DNA from: Candidatus Marivariicella framensis
GTDB taxonomy: Bacteria > Bacteroidota > Bacteroidia > Flavobacteriales > Flavobacteriaceae
DNA: 64,000 nt
NCBI GenBank assembly: GCA_905182735.1
Contig: CAJJCT010000002.1
Location: 9,267 to 73,266 of the forward strand
Direction: 5' to 3'
A program made the translations under genes and the position numbers. Below the pieces are notes generated by a model that did not search any database, was not told the origin of the DNA, and saw nothing but the letters and a program-made list of their open reading frames with translations. This document shows, piece after piece, positions 48,197 through 59,903 of the stretch. Each line of letters starts with the position of its first letter. Position 1 is the stretch's first letter.

Positions 48197-48570
48197 TTTT
48201 GCATGTTTTTAGCCTCAATACTCAAAGTTGCATGTGGAACAAGAGATAAGCGTTTTTTATTAATTAGCTTTCCGGTGATACGACAAATTCCATATGTCTT
48301 ATTATTTATTCTCATTAATGCATTTTTTAAATCTCGAACAAATTTTTCTTGCCTTAAAGCAAGTTGAGCATTTGCCTCTTTAGACATTGTTTCAGAACCT
48401 TCTTCAAAAGCCTTAAAAGTTGGAGAGGTATCCTCGGTTCCATTATTTCCATTATTCATATAGGCCCTTTTAAGCAAATCTAAATCTACATTGGCCTTAA
48501 TTATTTTTTCTTCAATTATTTTTTTAAATTTTCCTAAATCTTTATCGCTATATCGGTTTGTGGTTTGCAT
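48193..48570 (-). CDS. TraR/DksA family protein, flavobacterial type with a degenerate zinc finger
   Basis: 125 aa with a coiled-coil region plus NKTYGICRITGKLINKKRLSLVPHATLSIEAK. Only one Cys is present. It lies directly downstream of ileS, as is usual in Flavobacteriia. Confidence 0.75.
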   Translation of the reverse strand: MQTTNRYSDKDLGKFKKIIEEKIIKANVDLDLLKRAYMNNGNNGTEDTSPTFKAFEEGSETMSKEANAQLALRQEKFVRDLKNALMRINNKTYGICRITGKLINKKRLSLVPHATLSIEAKNMQK

Positions 48571-51500
48571 TTAATGTATTTTTTTAATCAAAAGAGAAAT
48601 ATTTATTTTATCAAATTCTAACTTTATACCATCTTGAATTGTGTCAACTATATTTATCGATTTTGCAAGAGTTTCATCTTCAATGTACTTTTTGAAAGAA
48701 TCAATTGCTTTATTTAAAACGGAATCTTTGGTAATAAATATCTCAATCATATCGGTTACTTCTAAACTCTGATCTTTACGATAATTTTGAATTCTATTTA
48801 TAAATTCTCTTGCAATTCCTTCATTAATTAATTCATCGTTAAGAGATATATCAAGAGCAACTGTGATACCATTACCATTTGCTACCAAACAACCCTCAAT
48901 ATCTTTAGAGCTAATTTCTACGTCACTTTCTACTAATTTAACCTTTTTTTCATTAACCATTAAATGAATTTCTCCGTTTTGCTCTAATTCTATAATTTCT
49001 TCTGAATTCATTTGGCTAATTAATGAAGCAATAACCTTTATATCTTTACCAAAACGAGGCCCTAATAATTTAAAATTTGGTTTTATTTGCTTTACCAATA
49101 TTCCACTGCTATCATCAATAAGCTCGATTTTTTTTACATTAATTTCTGACTTTAATTGATTTTCAATTAAAAAAACATCTTGACGTTCCTTTTCAGAATT
49201 AACAGGAATCATTATTCTTTGAAGTGGCTGACGTACTTTTATCTGTTCTTTTTTTCTTAAAGACAAAGCAAGAGATGTGATAACCCTAGCTTTATTGATT
49301 CTATCCTGTAGATCTAGATTAATTTTAGACTTATCTGCAGACGGAAAATTAGATAGATGAACAGATGTAGCGTTAAATCCAATTGTCATTTTAGTCAAAT
49401 CCTGATAAAGATGATCCATATAGAATGGAGCAATGGGGGCTGAAAGCTTTGATATTGTTATTAAACATTCGTAAAGTGTTTGGTAAGCTATGATTTTATC
49501 TTCCCCGTATGTTCCTTTCCAAAACCTTCTTCTACTTAGGCGGACATACCAGTTACTTAATTTTTCTTGAACAAAATCTGAAATAGACCTACAAACTCTT
49601 GTTGGCTCATATTGTTCGTAATAACTTTCTACTTCTAAAATCAAACTGTTCAATTCAGATAAAATCCAATTGTCAAGTTCATCTCTTTTGTGATCACTAA
49701 TCATCTCTTTACTTGGAACAAAACCATCAATATTGGCATATAAGCTAAAGAAAGAATAAGTATTATAAAGTGTTCCAAAAAATTTACGTTGAACTTCTAA
49801 TATGCCCTCCAGATTAAATTTTAGATTATCCCACGGATTTGCATTTGCTATCATGTACCACCTAGTCGCATCTGGGCCATAATCATCCAGAGTTTTAAAT
49901 GGATCTATACTGTTTCCTAGTCTTTTTGACATTTTTTGACCTTCTTTATCTAAAACTAAACCATTTGAAATAACATTTTTATAAGAAATTTTATTAAAAA
50001 CAAGAGCTCCAATAGCATGTAATGTATAAAACCAACCTCTTGTTTGATCTACGCCTTCAGCAATAAAATCAGCAGGAAAAGCTATTGCATTATCAATTTT
50101 ATCTTTATTTTCAAAAGGATAGTGCCACTGAGCATATGGCATTGATCCTGAATCAAACCAAACATCAATTAAATCATTTTCACGAAATAATGGTAGGGTT
50201 CCATCTTTGTTTGTCAATACAATTGAATCTACTATATTTTTGTGGAGGTCAATTTTTCTATAATTTTCATTTGACATATCACCTTTAACGAAACTTTTAA
50301 AAGGGTTGTCCTTTAGAAACCCGAATGATATAGACTTATCTATTTCATTTATTAGCTCCTCAACAGATCCAATTACTTTTATAACAGATTTATCCTCAGA
50401 GCACCATACAGGCAGTGGAATTCCCCAAAAACGAGATCGTGAAAGATTCCAGTCATTAGCACTTGCAAGCCAATTTCCAAAACGCCCTTCACCGGTCGAT
50501 TTAGGCTTCCAATTTATAGTTTTATTTAGAGCCACCATTTGATCTCTAGCTCCATCTACCTTAATAAACCATGAATCAAGGGGGTAATATAATATAGGCT
50601 TATCTGTTCTCCAGCAATTTGGATAGGAGTGTTTATACTTTTCAACCTTGAAAGCAAGATTTTCTTTTTTTAGATGAATTGCTATTTCTACATCCACAGA
50701 ATATTCAGGAATGTTTTTTTCAGAATAATATTCGTTTTTAACATATTTTCCAGCAAGCGAACCAAGCTCTTTTCTAAATTTTCCTTGTAAATCTACTAAA
50801 GGGACAGGATTGTTGTTTTCGTCAAGAACAAGTAGGGCAGGGACCTCAGGAATAGACTCTTTTGCGACCTTTGCATCGTCTGCTCCAAATGTTGGGGCAG
50901 TGTGAACAATACCAGTGCCCTCATCTGTGGTAACAAAATCTCCTTCAATTACTCGAAAAGCATTTTCCGGATTATTTAAAGGGAGGGGAGAAGAATCCCA
51001 AAGCTTCTCATACTTAACACCTACTAGATCTTTTCCCAGACAACTATTTTCAATCCAATAAGGAATTTTTTTATCTTTTGCGTTGTAATTACTAAGCAAA
51101 GAAACCTCATCGACGGCTAAATAGGTATTACCAAATTGTTTTTTTATGAGGAGTCTTGCAATTAAAACCTTGATTGGTAAAAAAGTGTATTGATTAAATG
51201 TTTTAATAACAACATATTCGATTTTAGACCCAACTGTTAAAGCTGTATTGGAAGGAAGTGTCCAAGGCGTTGTTGTCCATGCTAGTATATAAAGGCCTTC
51301 AGTATCTTTTAAAGTCTTGGGAAGACTTGATTTTATAGTCTTAAACATTGCAGTCACAGAAGTGTCAGTTACATCACGATACGTTCCTGGTTGATTTAAT
51401 TCATGGGAACTAATACCTGTTCCAGCTTTTGGTGAATATGGCTGAATACTGTAACCTTTATACAACAACCCCTTATCATTAATTTGTTTTATTAACCACC

Positions 51501-51981
51501 AAACACTTTCCATATATTTTGAGTCAAAAGTCACATATGGATCATCCATATCAACCCAATAACCCATTTTTTCAGTAAGTTTATTCCATAAACTTGTATA
51601 GCGCATAACAGCTTTTTTACAGGCATTGTTATAGTCTTCTATACTTATTGTTTTTCCAATTGCATCTTTAGTAATTCCTAATTCTTTTTCTACTCCTAAT
51701 TCTACAGGAAGACCATGCGTATCCCACCCAGCTTTTCTTTCAACTAAAAAACCTTTTTGAGTTTTGAATCGACAAAAAATATCTTTGATTGTTCTTGCCA
51801 TTACATGATGAATGCCGGGAACTCCATTGGCCGAAGGAGGTCCTTCATAAAAAACAAACGGTTTATTCCCCTTTCTGTTTATTACACTTTTATTAAATAC
51901 AGATTCTTTTTCCCAGAAATCTAAAACTTCTTGAGAAATTGAAGGAAGGTCTAATTTTTTGTATTCTTTGAATGCCATCAA
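48571..51981 (-). CDS. ileS: isoleucine--tRNA ligase (long, type 2)
   Basis: 1136 aa. PPSANGVPGIHH (HIGH region), KMSKRLGN (KMSKS) and WCSEDKS-type editing/insertion blocks. Confidence 0.95.
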   Translation of the reverse strand: MMAFKEYKKLDLPSISQEVLDFWEKESVFNKSVINRKGNKPFVFYEGPPSANGVPGIHHVMARTIKDIFCRFKTQKGFLVERKAGWDTHGLPVELGVEKELGITKDAIGKTISIEDYNNACKKAVMRYTSLWNKLTEKMGYWVDMDDPYVTFDSKYMESVWWLIKQINDKGLLYKGYSIQPYSPKAGTGISSHELNQPGTYRDVTDTSVTAMFKTIKSSLPKTLKDTEGLYILAWTTTPWTLPSNTALTVGSKIEYVVIKTFNQYTFLPIKVLIARLLIKKQFGNTYLAVDEVSLLSNYNAKDKKIPYWIENSCLGKDLVGVKYEKLWDSSPLPLNNPENAFRVIEGDFVTTDEGTGIVHTAPTFGADDAKVAKESIPEVPALLVLDENNNPVPLVDLQGKFRKELGSLAGKYVKNEYYSEKNIPEYSVDVEIAIHLKKENLAFKVEKYKHSYPNCWRTDKPILYYPLDSWFIKVDGARDQMVALNKTINWKPKSTGEGRFGNWLASANDWNLSRSRFWGIPLPVWCSEDKSVIKVIGSVEELINEIDKSISFGFLKDNPFKSFVKGDMSNENYRKIDLHKNIVDSIVLTNKDGTLPLFRENDLIDVWFDSGSMPYAQWHYPFENKDKIDNAIAFPADFIAEGVDQTRGWFYTLHAIGALVFNKISYKNVISNGLVLDKEGQKMSKRLGNSIDPFKTLDDYGPDATRWYMIANANPWDNLKFNLEGILEVQRKFFGTLYNTYSFFSLYANIDGFVPSKEMISDHKRDELDNWILSELNSLILEVESYYEQYEPTRVCRSISDFVQEKLSNWYVRLSRRRFWKGTYGEDKIIAYQTLYECLITISKLSAPIAPFYMDHLYQDLTKMTIGFNATSVHLSNFPSADKSKINLDLQDRINKARVITSLALSLRKKEQIKVRQPLQRIMIPVNSEKERQDVFLIENQLKSEINVKKIELIDDSSGILVKQIKPNFKLLGPRFGKDIKVIASLISQMNSEEIIELEQNGEIHLMVNEKKVKLVESDVEISSKDIEGCLVANGNGITVALDISLNDELINEGIAREFINRIQNYRKDQSLEVTDMIEIFITKDSVLNKAIDSFKKYIEDETLAKSINIVDTIQDGIKLEFDKINISLLIKKIH

Positions 51982-52056
51982 AACTTTATTTTGCTGAAGT
52001 AGCGAAAGTAGTCAATTTATAAAATATAAATACTTAAACAAAACATAAAAAGTAAC

Positions 52057-54531
52057 TTAAAAATCCAGACTAACTCCTATCTGTAAGCTTCTTCCTGGCT
52101 GAGAAATACCAGATGCAAAGGTTCTGTAGTGAGTATCAAAAATATTATTTATTCCACATTTAAATACAACTTTTTCATTGTATTCGTAATTTGTAGATAT
52201 TGAAAATGTTTTCCATGCTGGAGCTCCCGCATATTGATCCTCATTTATCAAAGGAGTTTCATCTAAACCATCTTCACCTCCATAACTGTAGTTATTGGGG
52301 TTTTTGGCATTGCTAAAATTCCACTCTAGCTGAGCGTCAATTTTAGACCCAGAATAATAAACTCCATATTGTCCAAATAAGGGAGGGATTGAAGGTATGG
52401 GACCATTTTTAAAACTTTTATCACCATGAGTATATGTGATATTTGCCCTTGTATAGAATTTATCACTAAATCGAATAAGGCCTTCAAATGAACCACCATA
52501 AATATATCTATTTCCGAGATTTTTATTTGCTAAAGTAGGAAGCTCTTCTCCGTCATAAATTATAGTGTTTGGGTCATTTGTACTTTCATCAGAGTAGATT
52601 GTATAGTCAGAACGAACAATATGTCTTGAGATTAATGAACCAAAACCTCTTACTGAAAATCGATTAAAACCATTTTCAGATTCAAAAGATAGTCCTACAT
52701 CTAAATTATATGCATATTCAGGTTTAAGAAATGGATTAGGAACTATGAGTGAACCTCCACTTTCTCTTATTTTTCCAATATCATCAATATTAGGATTTCT
52801 AAAGCCGCTTGAGAGCAAAACGTTTAATTGTATCTTCTCTATAGGTGTATATATCATTGCAACGGTACTTGTAAGAGCCCAGTTATTAACTGAAACTTTT
52901 GATAATAATGTATTAACTAGAGCCTCTTCATTCCAGGAGCCCCCCAAATCTGTGTAGGTAAGCCTAGACCCTGCATTTAAAGATAAAAAATCATTAAACT
53001 CCCAAACAAAATTAAGATATAAGGCAGCGCTATCATAATAACTTCCGTTACTTGGATACCTTGTTGGAATTACAATAGGGCTACTTAGTGATATTATTTC
53101 GTTATTTGAAACACTTAAAGATTTTGAAAATGCATCTGAGGATATTATATTATTCAAAATTTCTAAACCATATGAGGAGGTTAAATTCTCAGCAGGTCTT
53201 GCACTAAAATCTGCATTAAAACTCATAACTGAAACTTCTTCAAATTGATAACTCCTATTAAAGCTATTAAATTTTCTATCTACTCGAGATTCTTTAATAT
53301 TTTGATATGCAAGTGTAAGAGAACCTTTTCTTAATAAAGGGCTTCCGTTAAAAAATTCAAACTTGGGTGAAAATAAAAATCTTTTTTGAGGACCATAATA
53401 CCACTCCGCATATCTCAAATTTTCATTTCTTATTTCATTTAGTTTATCATATCGATTAATATTAGAGGAGTTAGAGAGTTGAACGTTTAGAGATAAATAA
53501 CTTTGATTATTTAATTTAAAACGAAATTTTTGAAACAAGTCAAACTGCTTGTATCCGGTTTTTTTTTGGATTAACGGATTAGGGTTTAGTGATGGTGTTG
53601 CTTTGAAGAATGAATTAGTGTTTTCAGAGAAAAAATTGGTCAATCCCCAATTATTAAATCCGTGTGAGTTTTTTTTACCCATTCTAATATCTCCAAAATT
53701 AGAAAAGCTAATACTGGTTATTGCTCCCCATTTTTCAAAACTCCAATTAGAAGTAATATTATTTACGCTTGATAAATTAGCAGAATTAAAATCTGAGTGA
53801 AATTCATTTTTGTTTTTTATATCACTATTAATATCTGGAGTTTTTGTGTAATAGTGAATAACTCCACCGAGAGCATCAGAGCCATAACCCACTGAGGAGG
53901 GGCCAAAAATTATCTCAACTCTTTCAAGGTTATGTGGGGCTATTGTAATAGCATTTTGTATGTGTCCAGAACGATAAATTGCATTATTCATTCTTACGCC
54001 ATCAATAACTAATAAAACTCTATTTGCTTCAAAACCTCTTAAAACTGGACTTCCTCCTCCACCTTGAGATTTTTGAACTCGAACACCTGGACTTAGTTCT
54101 AAAATATCAGCACTAGTTTGAATTATGCTTTTCTGAATTTTTTCTGAATTAATAATATTTACTTTTTCAGCAATTTTATTTTTTTTAGACATGGACCTTG
54201 CGACTGACAAAATAACGCCATCAAGGTTTTGAACTTTTGGGTCTAGTTGAATAATGTAAGACTTTTTAGTGACAGATAATTTTGTAGTTAAATTAAAATA
54301 CCCATTAATTTGAAAAATTAAAGAATTGGTTAAATTAAATTCATCAACACTTGCTTTTCCATTATAGTCCGTAATGACACTTTTAGTTTTATCAATTGAA
54401 AAAATGGCAACATTTTCAATTGATTCTCCTGAATTTGAATCTACAACATGAATAATTTGTGCACTAAGAAATGATCCAAAAGAAAAAAAGAATACTAAGA
54501 CATTTAATTTTTTTTCACTTAAAAATTTCAT
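52057..54531 (-). CDS. TonB-dependent receptor with carboxypeptidase-regulatory-like N-domain
   Basis: Signal peptide ..FLSAQ after the Met at 54531 (the upstream 23 codons in the track overlap recO). The plug motifs GVRVQKSQGGGGSPVLRGFEANRVLLVIDGVRMNN and a terminal ..VSLDF are present. Confidence 0.8.
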   Translation of the reverse strand: MKFLSEKKLNVLVFFFSFGSFLSAQIIHVVDSNSGESIENVAIFSIDKTKSVITDYNGKASVDEFNLTNSLIFQINGYFNLTTKLSVTKKSYIIQLDPKVQNLDGVILSVARSMSKKNKIAEKVNIINSEKIQKSIIQTSADILELSPGVRVQKSQGGGGSPVLRGFEANRVLLVIDGVRMNNAIYRSGHIQNAITIAPHNLERVEIIFGPSSVGYGSDALGGVIHYYTKTPDINSDIKNKNEFHSDFNSANLSSVNNITSNWSFEKWGAITSISFSNFGDIRMGKKNSHGFNNWGLTNFFSENTNSFFKATPSLNPNPLIQKKTGYKQFDLFQKFRFKLNNQSYLSLNVQLSNSSNINRYDKLNEIRNENLRYAEWYYGPQKRFLFSPKFEFFNGSPLLRKGSLTLAYQNIKESRVDRKFNSFNRSYQFEEVSVMSFNADFSARPAENLTSSYGLEILNNIISSDAFSKSLSVSNNEIISLSSPIVIPTRYPSNGSYYDSAALYLNFVWEFNDFLSLNAGSRLTYTDLGGSWNEEALVNTLLSKVSVNNWALTSTVAMIYTPIEKIQLNVLLSSGFRNPNIDDIGKIRESGGSLIVPNPFLKPEYAYNLDVGLSFESENGFNRFSVRGFGSLISRHIVRSDYTIYSDESTNDPNTIIYDGEELPTLANKNLGNRYIYGGSFEGLIRFSDKFYTRANITYTHGDKSFKNGPIPSIPPLFGQYGVYYSGSKIDAQLEWNFSNAKNPNNYSYGGEDGLDETPLINEDQYAGAPAWKTFSISTNYEYNEKVVFKCGINNIFDTHYRTFASGISQPGRSLQIGVSLDF

Positions 54532-55234
54532 GTAGAACAGATAAAGATTTAGGTGTTTTAAAACGTTGTAAATGTAAACTATAATAGCGTATGATTTCAT
54601 TTAACAAACTATTTCGAATACTATTATTCCACTTTAATAACTTAATTTCATCAAAATTCATGCCTAAAATTTCTTTAAAGCTATTTAAGTTTTTGCCGGA
54701 GAGTATATTTTTTGAGTTGTTATTGTTCGTGAAGCAACCAGTTAGCATATCGAAATACTCATAATTATTATTAGATATATTTGGATAAAATCCCATATAA
54801 CGAGTAAGCTCGATTAGAAATTTAATATGAAAATTGGCATTAGAATTATTACTATCTAACCAGAGAGTCATTGTTTCAAGAAAATCATACAGACTTTCGT
54901 TTTCACCACCCTCTTCTTGAAGAACACTTTTTAATACATCAGAAAGAAAAAGAGTAATAGTTGTTTTTGATATTGAATTATGAATAGAGCCTAGATGCTT
55001 GTTTATGCTAACTTCTTTTATGTAATTCAATCCTTCTTTTCTTCTATGGTCTGATATAATATTAATTAAATTAAAAGGTTGGAAAAGAGCTTTTTTAATT
55101 CCTGTTTTTTTTGATTTTAAAACTCCATTTAGCATATAACTTTTGAGCCCATCTTTCTTAGTGTAACAATTAGCAATTAGACTAGAATCACCATATTTTA
55201 AAGTCCATATAACTATAGCGGGAGTTTTGATCAA
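54515..55234 (-). CDS. recO: DNA repair protein RecO
   Basis: 239 aa. The N-terminal OB-fold pattern (TPAIVIWTLKYGDSSLI...) and size fit the RecO family. Confidence 0.75.
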   Translation of the reverse strand: MIKTPAIVIWTLKYGDSSLIANCYTKKDGLKSYMLNGVLKSKKTGIKKALFQPFNLINIISDHRRKEGLNYIKEVSINKHLGSIHNSISKTTITLFLSDVLKSVLQEEGGENESLYDFLETMTLWLDSNNSNANFHIKFLIELTRYMGFYPNISNNNYEYFDMLTGCFTNNNNSKNILSGKNLNSFKEILGMNFDEIKLLKWNNSIRNSLLNEIIRYYSLHLQRFKTPKSLSVLHEIFK

Positions 55235-55244
55235 AATAAAAAAA

Positions 55245-56588
<1,344 letters not shown>

Positions 56589-56645
56589 TCAAATTTGACT
56601 ATTAAATTTATATTTTTCTATTAATTCGAAACATGTTTTTCATCT

Positions 56646-58001
56646 TTATTTAAAAAGTGTTGATATTATTTCTTCAATTTTTTCCATATAAATGATCTTA
56701 ATCTTAATTTCGTTTAGATCAATTTTATTGAATTTAGATATTAAAATAGACTTGAAACCTAATTTTGCAGCTTCTTTTATTCTCAAATTTATTTTAGATA
56801 CTGGCCTAAGTTCACCTGAAAGGCCTATTTCTGCAGCAAAACACATATTTTTATTAATAGTTATGTCATAGTAGCTAGATAGAATAGAAATTACAACGGC
56901 TAAATCTAGCGCCGGATCATCCACGGAAATCCCCCCTGTAAAATTTATAAATACATCTTTTGTTCCTAAGGTAAATCCCGCTCTTTTTTCTAAAACTGCT
57001 AAAAGCATATTTAAGCGTTTTGCATTAAACCCAGTGCTACTTCTTTGTGGAGTACCATATACAGCCGAGCTAACTAGAGCTTGAATTTCAAGTAAAAGCG
57101 GTCTTATTCCTTCAACTGTGACGCCAATAGCTTGGCCGCTCAAGGCGGTTTCGTTTAGATTAATTAAAAGTTGACTTGGATTAGAAATAGGAATTATTCC
57201 TTTTGAAACCATTTCATAAATACCTATTTCATCAGTCGCTCCAAATCTATTTTTTTGAGACCTTAATATTCTGTAAACATGGTTTCTGTCTCCTTCAAAA
57301 TTCAAGACGGTATCCACCATGTGTTCTAATATTTTAGGTCCAGCAATTTGACCATCTTTAGTTATGTGACCAACTAATATAACAGGGATTCCACTATCTT
57401 TTGCAAACTCTATAAGTTCAGCAGTTGTTTGCTTTATCTGAGAAACACTACCTGCAGCGCTATCAATAAGGTCACTTTGAAGCGTTTGAATGGAATCAAT
57501 AATTACTAATTCAGGATTTAAATCATCTATTTCATGGAAAACATTTTTAATTTTAGTTTCACTTAAAATATAGCTTTTATCATTGCTGAGATTCATTCTG
57601 GTTGCTCTTAGCTTTATTTGCTTTTGACTCTCTTCTCCAGAGATATAAAGTGTTTTGAAATTTAAGGTTATAGCTATTTGAAGAAGAAGTGTTGATTTCC
57701 CTACACCTGGCTCTCCCCCTAGTAATATTAAAGAGCCAGGAACTATACCTCCTCCTAAAACTCGATTAAGCTCCCTGTCAGATGTTAAGATTCTTGATTC
57801 ATTATCTACATTAATTTTCTCTAATTGAATAGATTTATTTGTTTTTGAATTACTTGAATTTCGATTCCAATTCTTTTCTTTTTTCTTTTCAATTACTTCT
57901 TCAAACAAGGTATTCCACTCTTTACAAGAATTACACTGGCCTTGCCATTTTGAATGCTGAGCTCCACATGTTTTACAAATAAAAGAAGTTTTATTAGCCA
58001 T
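56646..58001 (-). CDS. radA: DNA repair protein RadA
   Basis: The zinc finger CKTCGAQHSKWQGQCNSC, Walker A GGEPGVGKST, KNRFG and a Lon-like C-domain. Confidence 0.9.
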   Translation of the reverse strand: MANKTSFICKTCGAQHSKWQGQCNSCKEWNTLFEEVIEKKKEKNWNRNSSNSKTNKSIQLEKINVDNESRILTSDRELNRVLGGGIVPGSLILLGGEPGVGKSTLLLQIAITLNFKTLYISGEESQKQIKLRATRMNLSNDKSYILSETKIKNVFHEIDDLNPELVIIDSIQTLQSDLIDSAAGSVSQIKQTTAELIEFAKDSGIPVILVGHITKDGQIAGPKILEHMVDTVLNFEGDRNHVYRILRSQKNRFGATDEIGIYEMVSKGIIPISNPSQLLINLNETALSGQAIGVTVEGIRPLLLEIQALVSSAVYGTPQRSSTGFNAKRLNMLLAVLEKRAGFTLGTKDVFINFTGGISVDDPALDLAVVISILSSYYDITINKNMCFAAEIGLSGELRPVSKINLRIKEAAKLGFKSILISKFNKIDLNEIKIKIIYMEKIEEIISTLFK

Positions 58002-58006
58002 ATTAT

Positions 58007-58972
58007 TTAAAGATAATGTTTTCGATTAATCAAAGGAAGAGTAATAAATGCAAATGCACCACTTATCAAAATCAAAACAGTTTGAGAACTCCACATTATC
58101 CAACCAAATGCTAAACCAACCTCTTTGTTAATCCCAAATGAAGCTAAAACTAAAGCTACGCTTAGAGGATATATTCCGATTCCACTGTTTGTAGTTGCAA
58201 TTGATAAACCACCAGCTACAAAAGCAGGAATTATCATTTTAAAAGTAAGAAGATGAGTGCCAGGTATAGTCCATTTAACAACATAAAACATCAATAAATA
58301 CATTGCCCAAATAAAAACTGTATGAAAAATAAAAGGTAATTTTTTGTCCATTTTTCTTATTGAATTTAATCCTTCCCAAAAACCATTAATAAAAAAATTT
58401 ATTTTAATAAAAAATTTATTTTTTGATCTTTTTAATGTTAAAATTAACAGTAAAACTGAGCCAACAAACAAGGCGATAAACAAGGCTAATTGTAAAAAAT
58501 CGATATCTTTTTTTATAATAAACCTCCATATTGCTTCATACTGAAGAATTAAGGCAATTAAAATTAATAAAAGTAGTATTACCATATCGACAACTCTTTC
58601 AATTACAACTGACCCAAAAGCCTTTTCGAAAGGAATTTTTTCATAATTTGATAAAAAACTAGCTCTAATGACCTCTCCAGACCTTGGGACACCTAAATTT
58701 GCTAAATAAGCAATAAAAACACATAAAACGGTATTTATTAATCTGGGATTATAGCCCATAGGTGAGAGTAAGAATCTCCAACGATAAGCCCTTGACAAAT
58801 GGCTTAAAATAGCAAAAAACAAACCAAGCACAACAAACCTTAGATCAGCATTTTTAATTGATTGAATTATCATCTCTCTATCTCTATCAGTTGTTATACT
58901 GATTGACAGATAGATAAAAAATGCACCTAAAAGAAGAGGTAATACAACTTTTAAGAATGATTTAAAATTCAT
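58007..58972 (-). CDS. flippase-like / lysylphosphatidylglycerol-synthase TM-region family membrane protein (UPF0104)
   Basis: 321 aa with about 8 TM helices. RAYRWRFLL and GVPRSGEVIRA motifs. Confidence 0.5.
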   Translation of the reverse strand: MNFKSFLKVVLPLLLGAFFIYLSISITTDRDREMIIQSIKNADLRFVVLGLFFAILSHLSRAYRWRFLLSPMGYNPRLINTVLCVFIAYLANLGVPRSGEVIRASFLSNYEKIPFEKAFGSVVIERVVDMVILLLLILIALILQYEAIWRFIIKKDIDFLQLALFIALFVGSVLLLILTLKRSKNKFFIKINFFINGFWEGLNSIRKMDKKLPFIFHTVFIWAMYLLMFYVVKWTIPGTHLLTFKMIIPAFVAGGLSIATTNSGIGIYPLSVALVLASFGINKEVGLAFGWIMWSSQTVLILISGAFAFITLPLINRKHYL

Positions 58973-59801
58973 AAAGCGGTAAGTTATCTATAAGTCTTAT
59001 TTTTCCAAGTTTAACTGCAATAAATGCTCTGACTTTATTTTCAGATTTATTTTCAGCATTTAATAGGTTTTTTTCATATCGAATATCAAAATAGTCTAAT
59101 TTAAAATCATGATTGTTTGAAAATGAATTTTTTATTTTTTTTATTATGAATTTTGAACTTTCAACACCCCAAAGAGATTTAGCTATTTTTAATTGTTCGA
59201 ATATAAATGAAGCTTTTTTTGTTTCATTTTTGGTTAAAAAGCTATTCCTAGAACTTAAAGCAAGTCCATTATTGTTTCTACAAGTTGAACAACCTACAAT
59301 AGTTGAAGAGAGATTTTTTTGACCTACTAGTGATCTTATAATTTGTAACTGTTGAAAGTCTTTTTCTCCAAAATAGGCGTTTGTGGGTAAAAAAATAGTT
59401 AATAATTTTTCTACCACAGTCGCTACTCCTTGAAAATGTCCAACTCTAATTTTTCCTTCCATAACATTTTCAATACTCCCAAAACTATATGACGATGATT
59501 TAATAGACTTAGAATATAAGTCACTAGATTCTGGCGCATAAACTATAATTTTTTGAGATATATTTCTAATCATTTTAATATCACTGTCTAGAGTTTTAGG
59601 GTATTTTTTTAAATCATCAGAATGCTCAAATTGAGTTGGGTTTATAAAAATGGTAACAATTACTTGATCGTTTTCAGCTAACGCCCTTTCTATTAAAGAA
59701 GTATGACCCTGGTGTAAAGCTCCCATCGTGGGGACTAGTCCAAGGGTTGAATTTTGATCGATAAAAGCATTCAATGTTGAATACTGACGAAAAACATTCA
59801 T
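58962..59801 (-). CDS. panC: pantoate--beta-alanine ligase
   Basis: LGLVPTMGALHQGH and FGEKDFQQ. The start is placed at Met 59801 (MNVFRQ...) rather than 59846. Confidence 0.85.
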   Translation of the reverse strand: MNVFRQYSTLNAFIDQNSTLGLVPTMGALHQGHTSLIERALAENDQVIVTIFINPTQFEHSDDLKKYPKTLDSDIKMIRNISQKIIVYAPESSDLYSKSIKSSSYSFGSIENVMEGKIRVGHFQGVATVVEKLLTIFLPTNAYFGEKDFQQLQIIRSLVGQKNLSSTIVGCSTCRNNNGLALSSRNSFLTKNETKKASFIFEQLKIAKSLWGVESSKFIIKKIKNSFSNNHDFKLDYFDIRYEKNLLNAENKSENKVRAFIAVKLGKIRLIDNLPLYEF

Positions 59802-59903
59802 TTTAGGAAAATAATAACGTCGCAAAATAGTAATATTTTCATTCATTCATTAGATTTTTTGTAATTTCGCAAGACTTATAAATCATCGGCCTATACTTTT
59901 TTT

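Noticed and set aside
48185-48205. Possibility that the start-less ORF is simply a frameshifted C-terminal continuation of the dksA-like gene, since a one-A insertion in the A5 run would fuse them.
   Set aside because: The dksA-like protein ends exactly where flavobacterial homologues end (..SIEAKNMQK). The downstream frame begins with a signal peptide, which makes no sense as an internal segment of a cytoplasmic protein.
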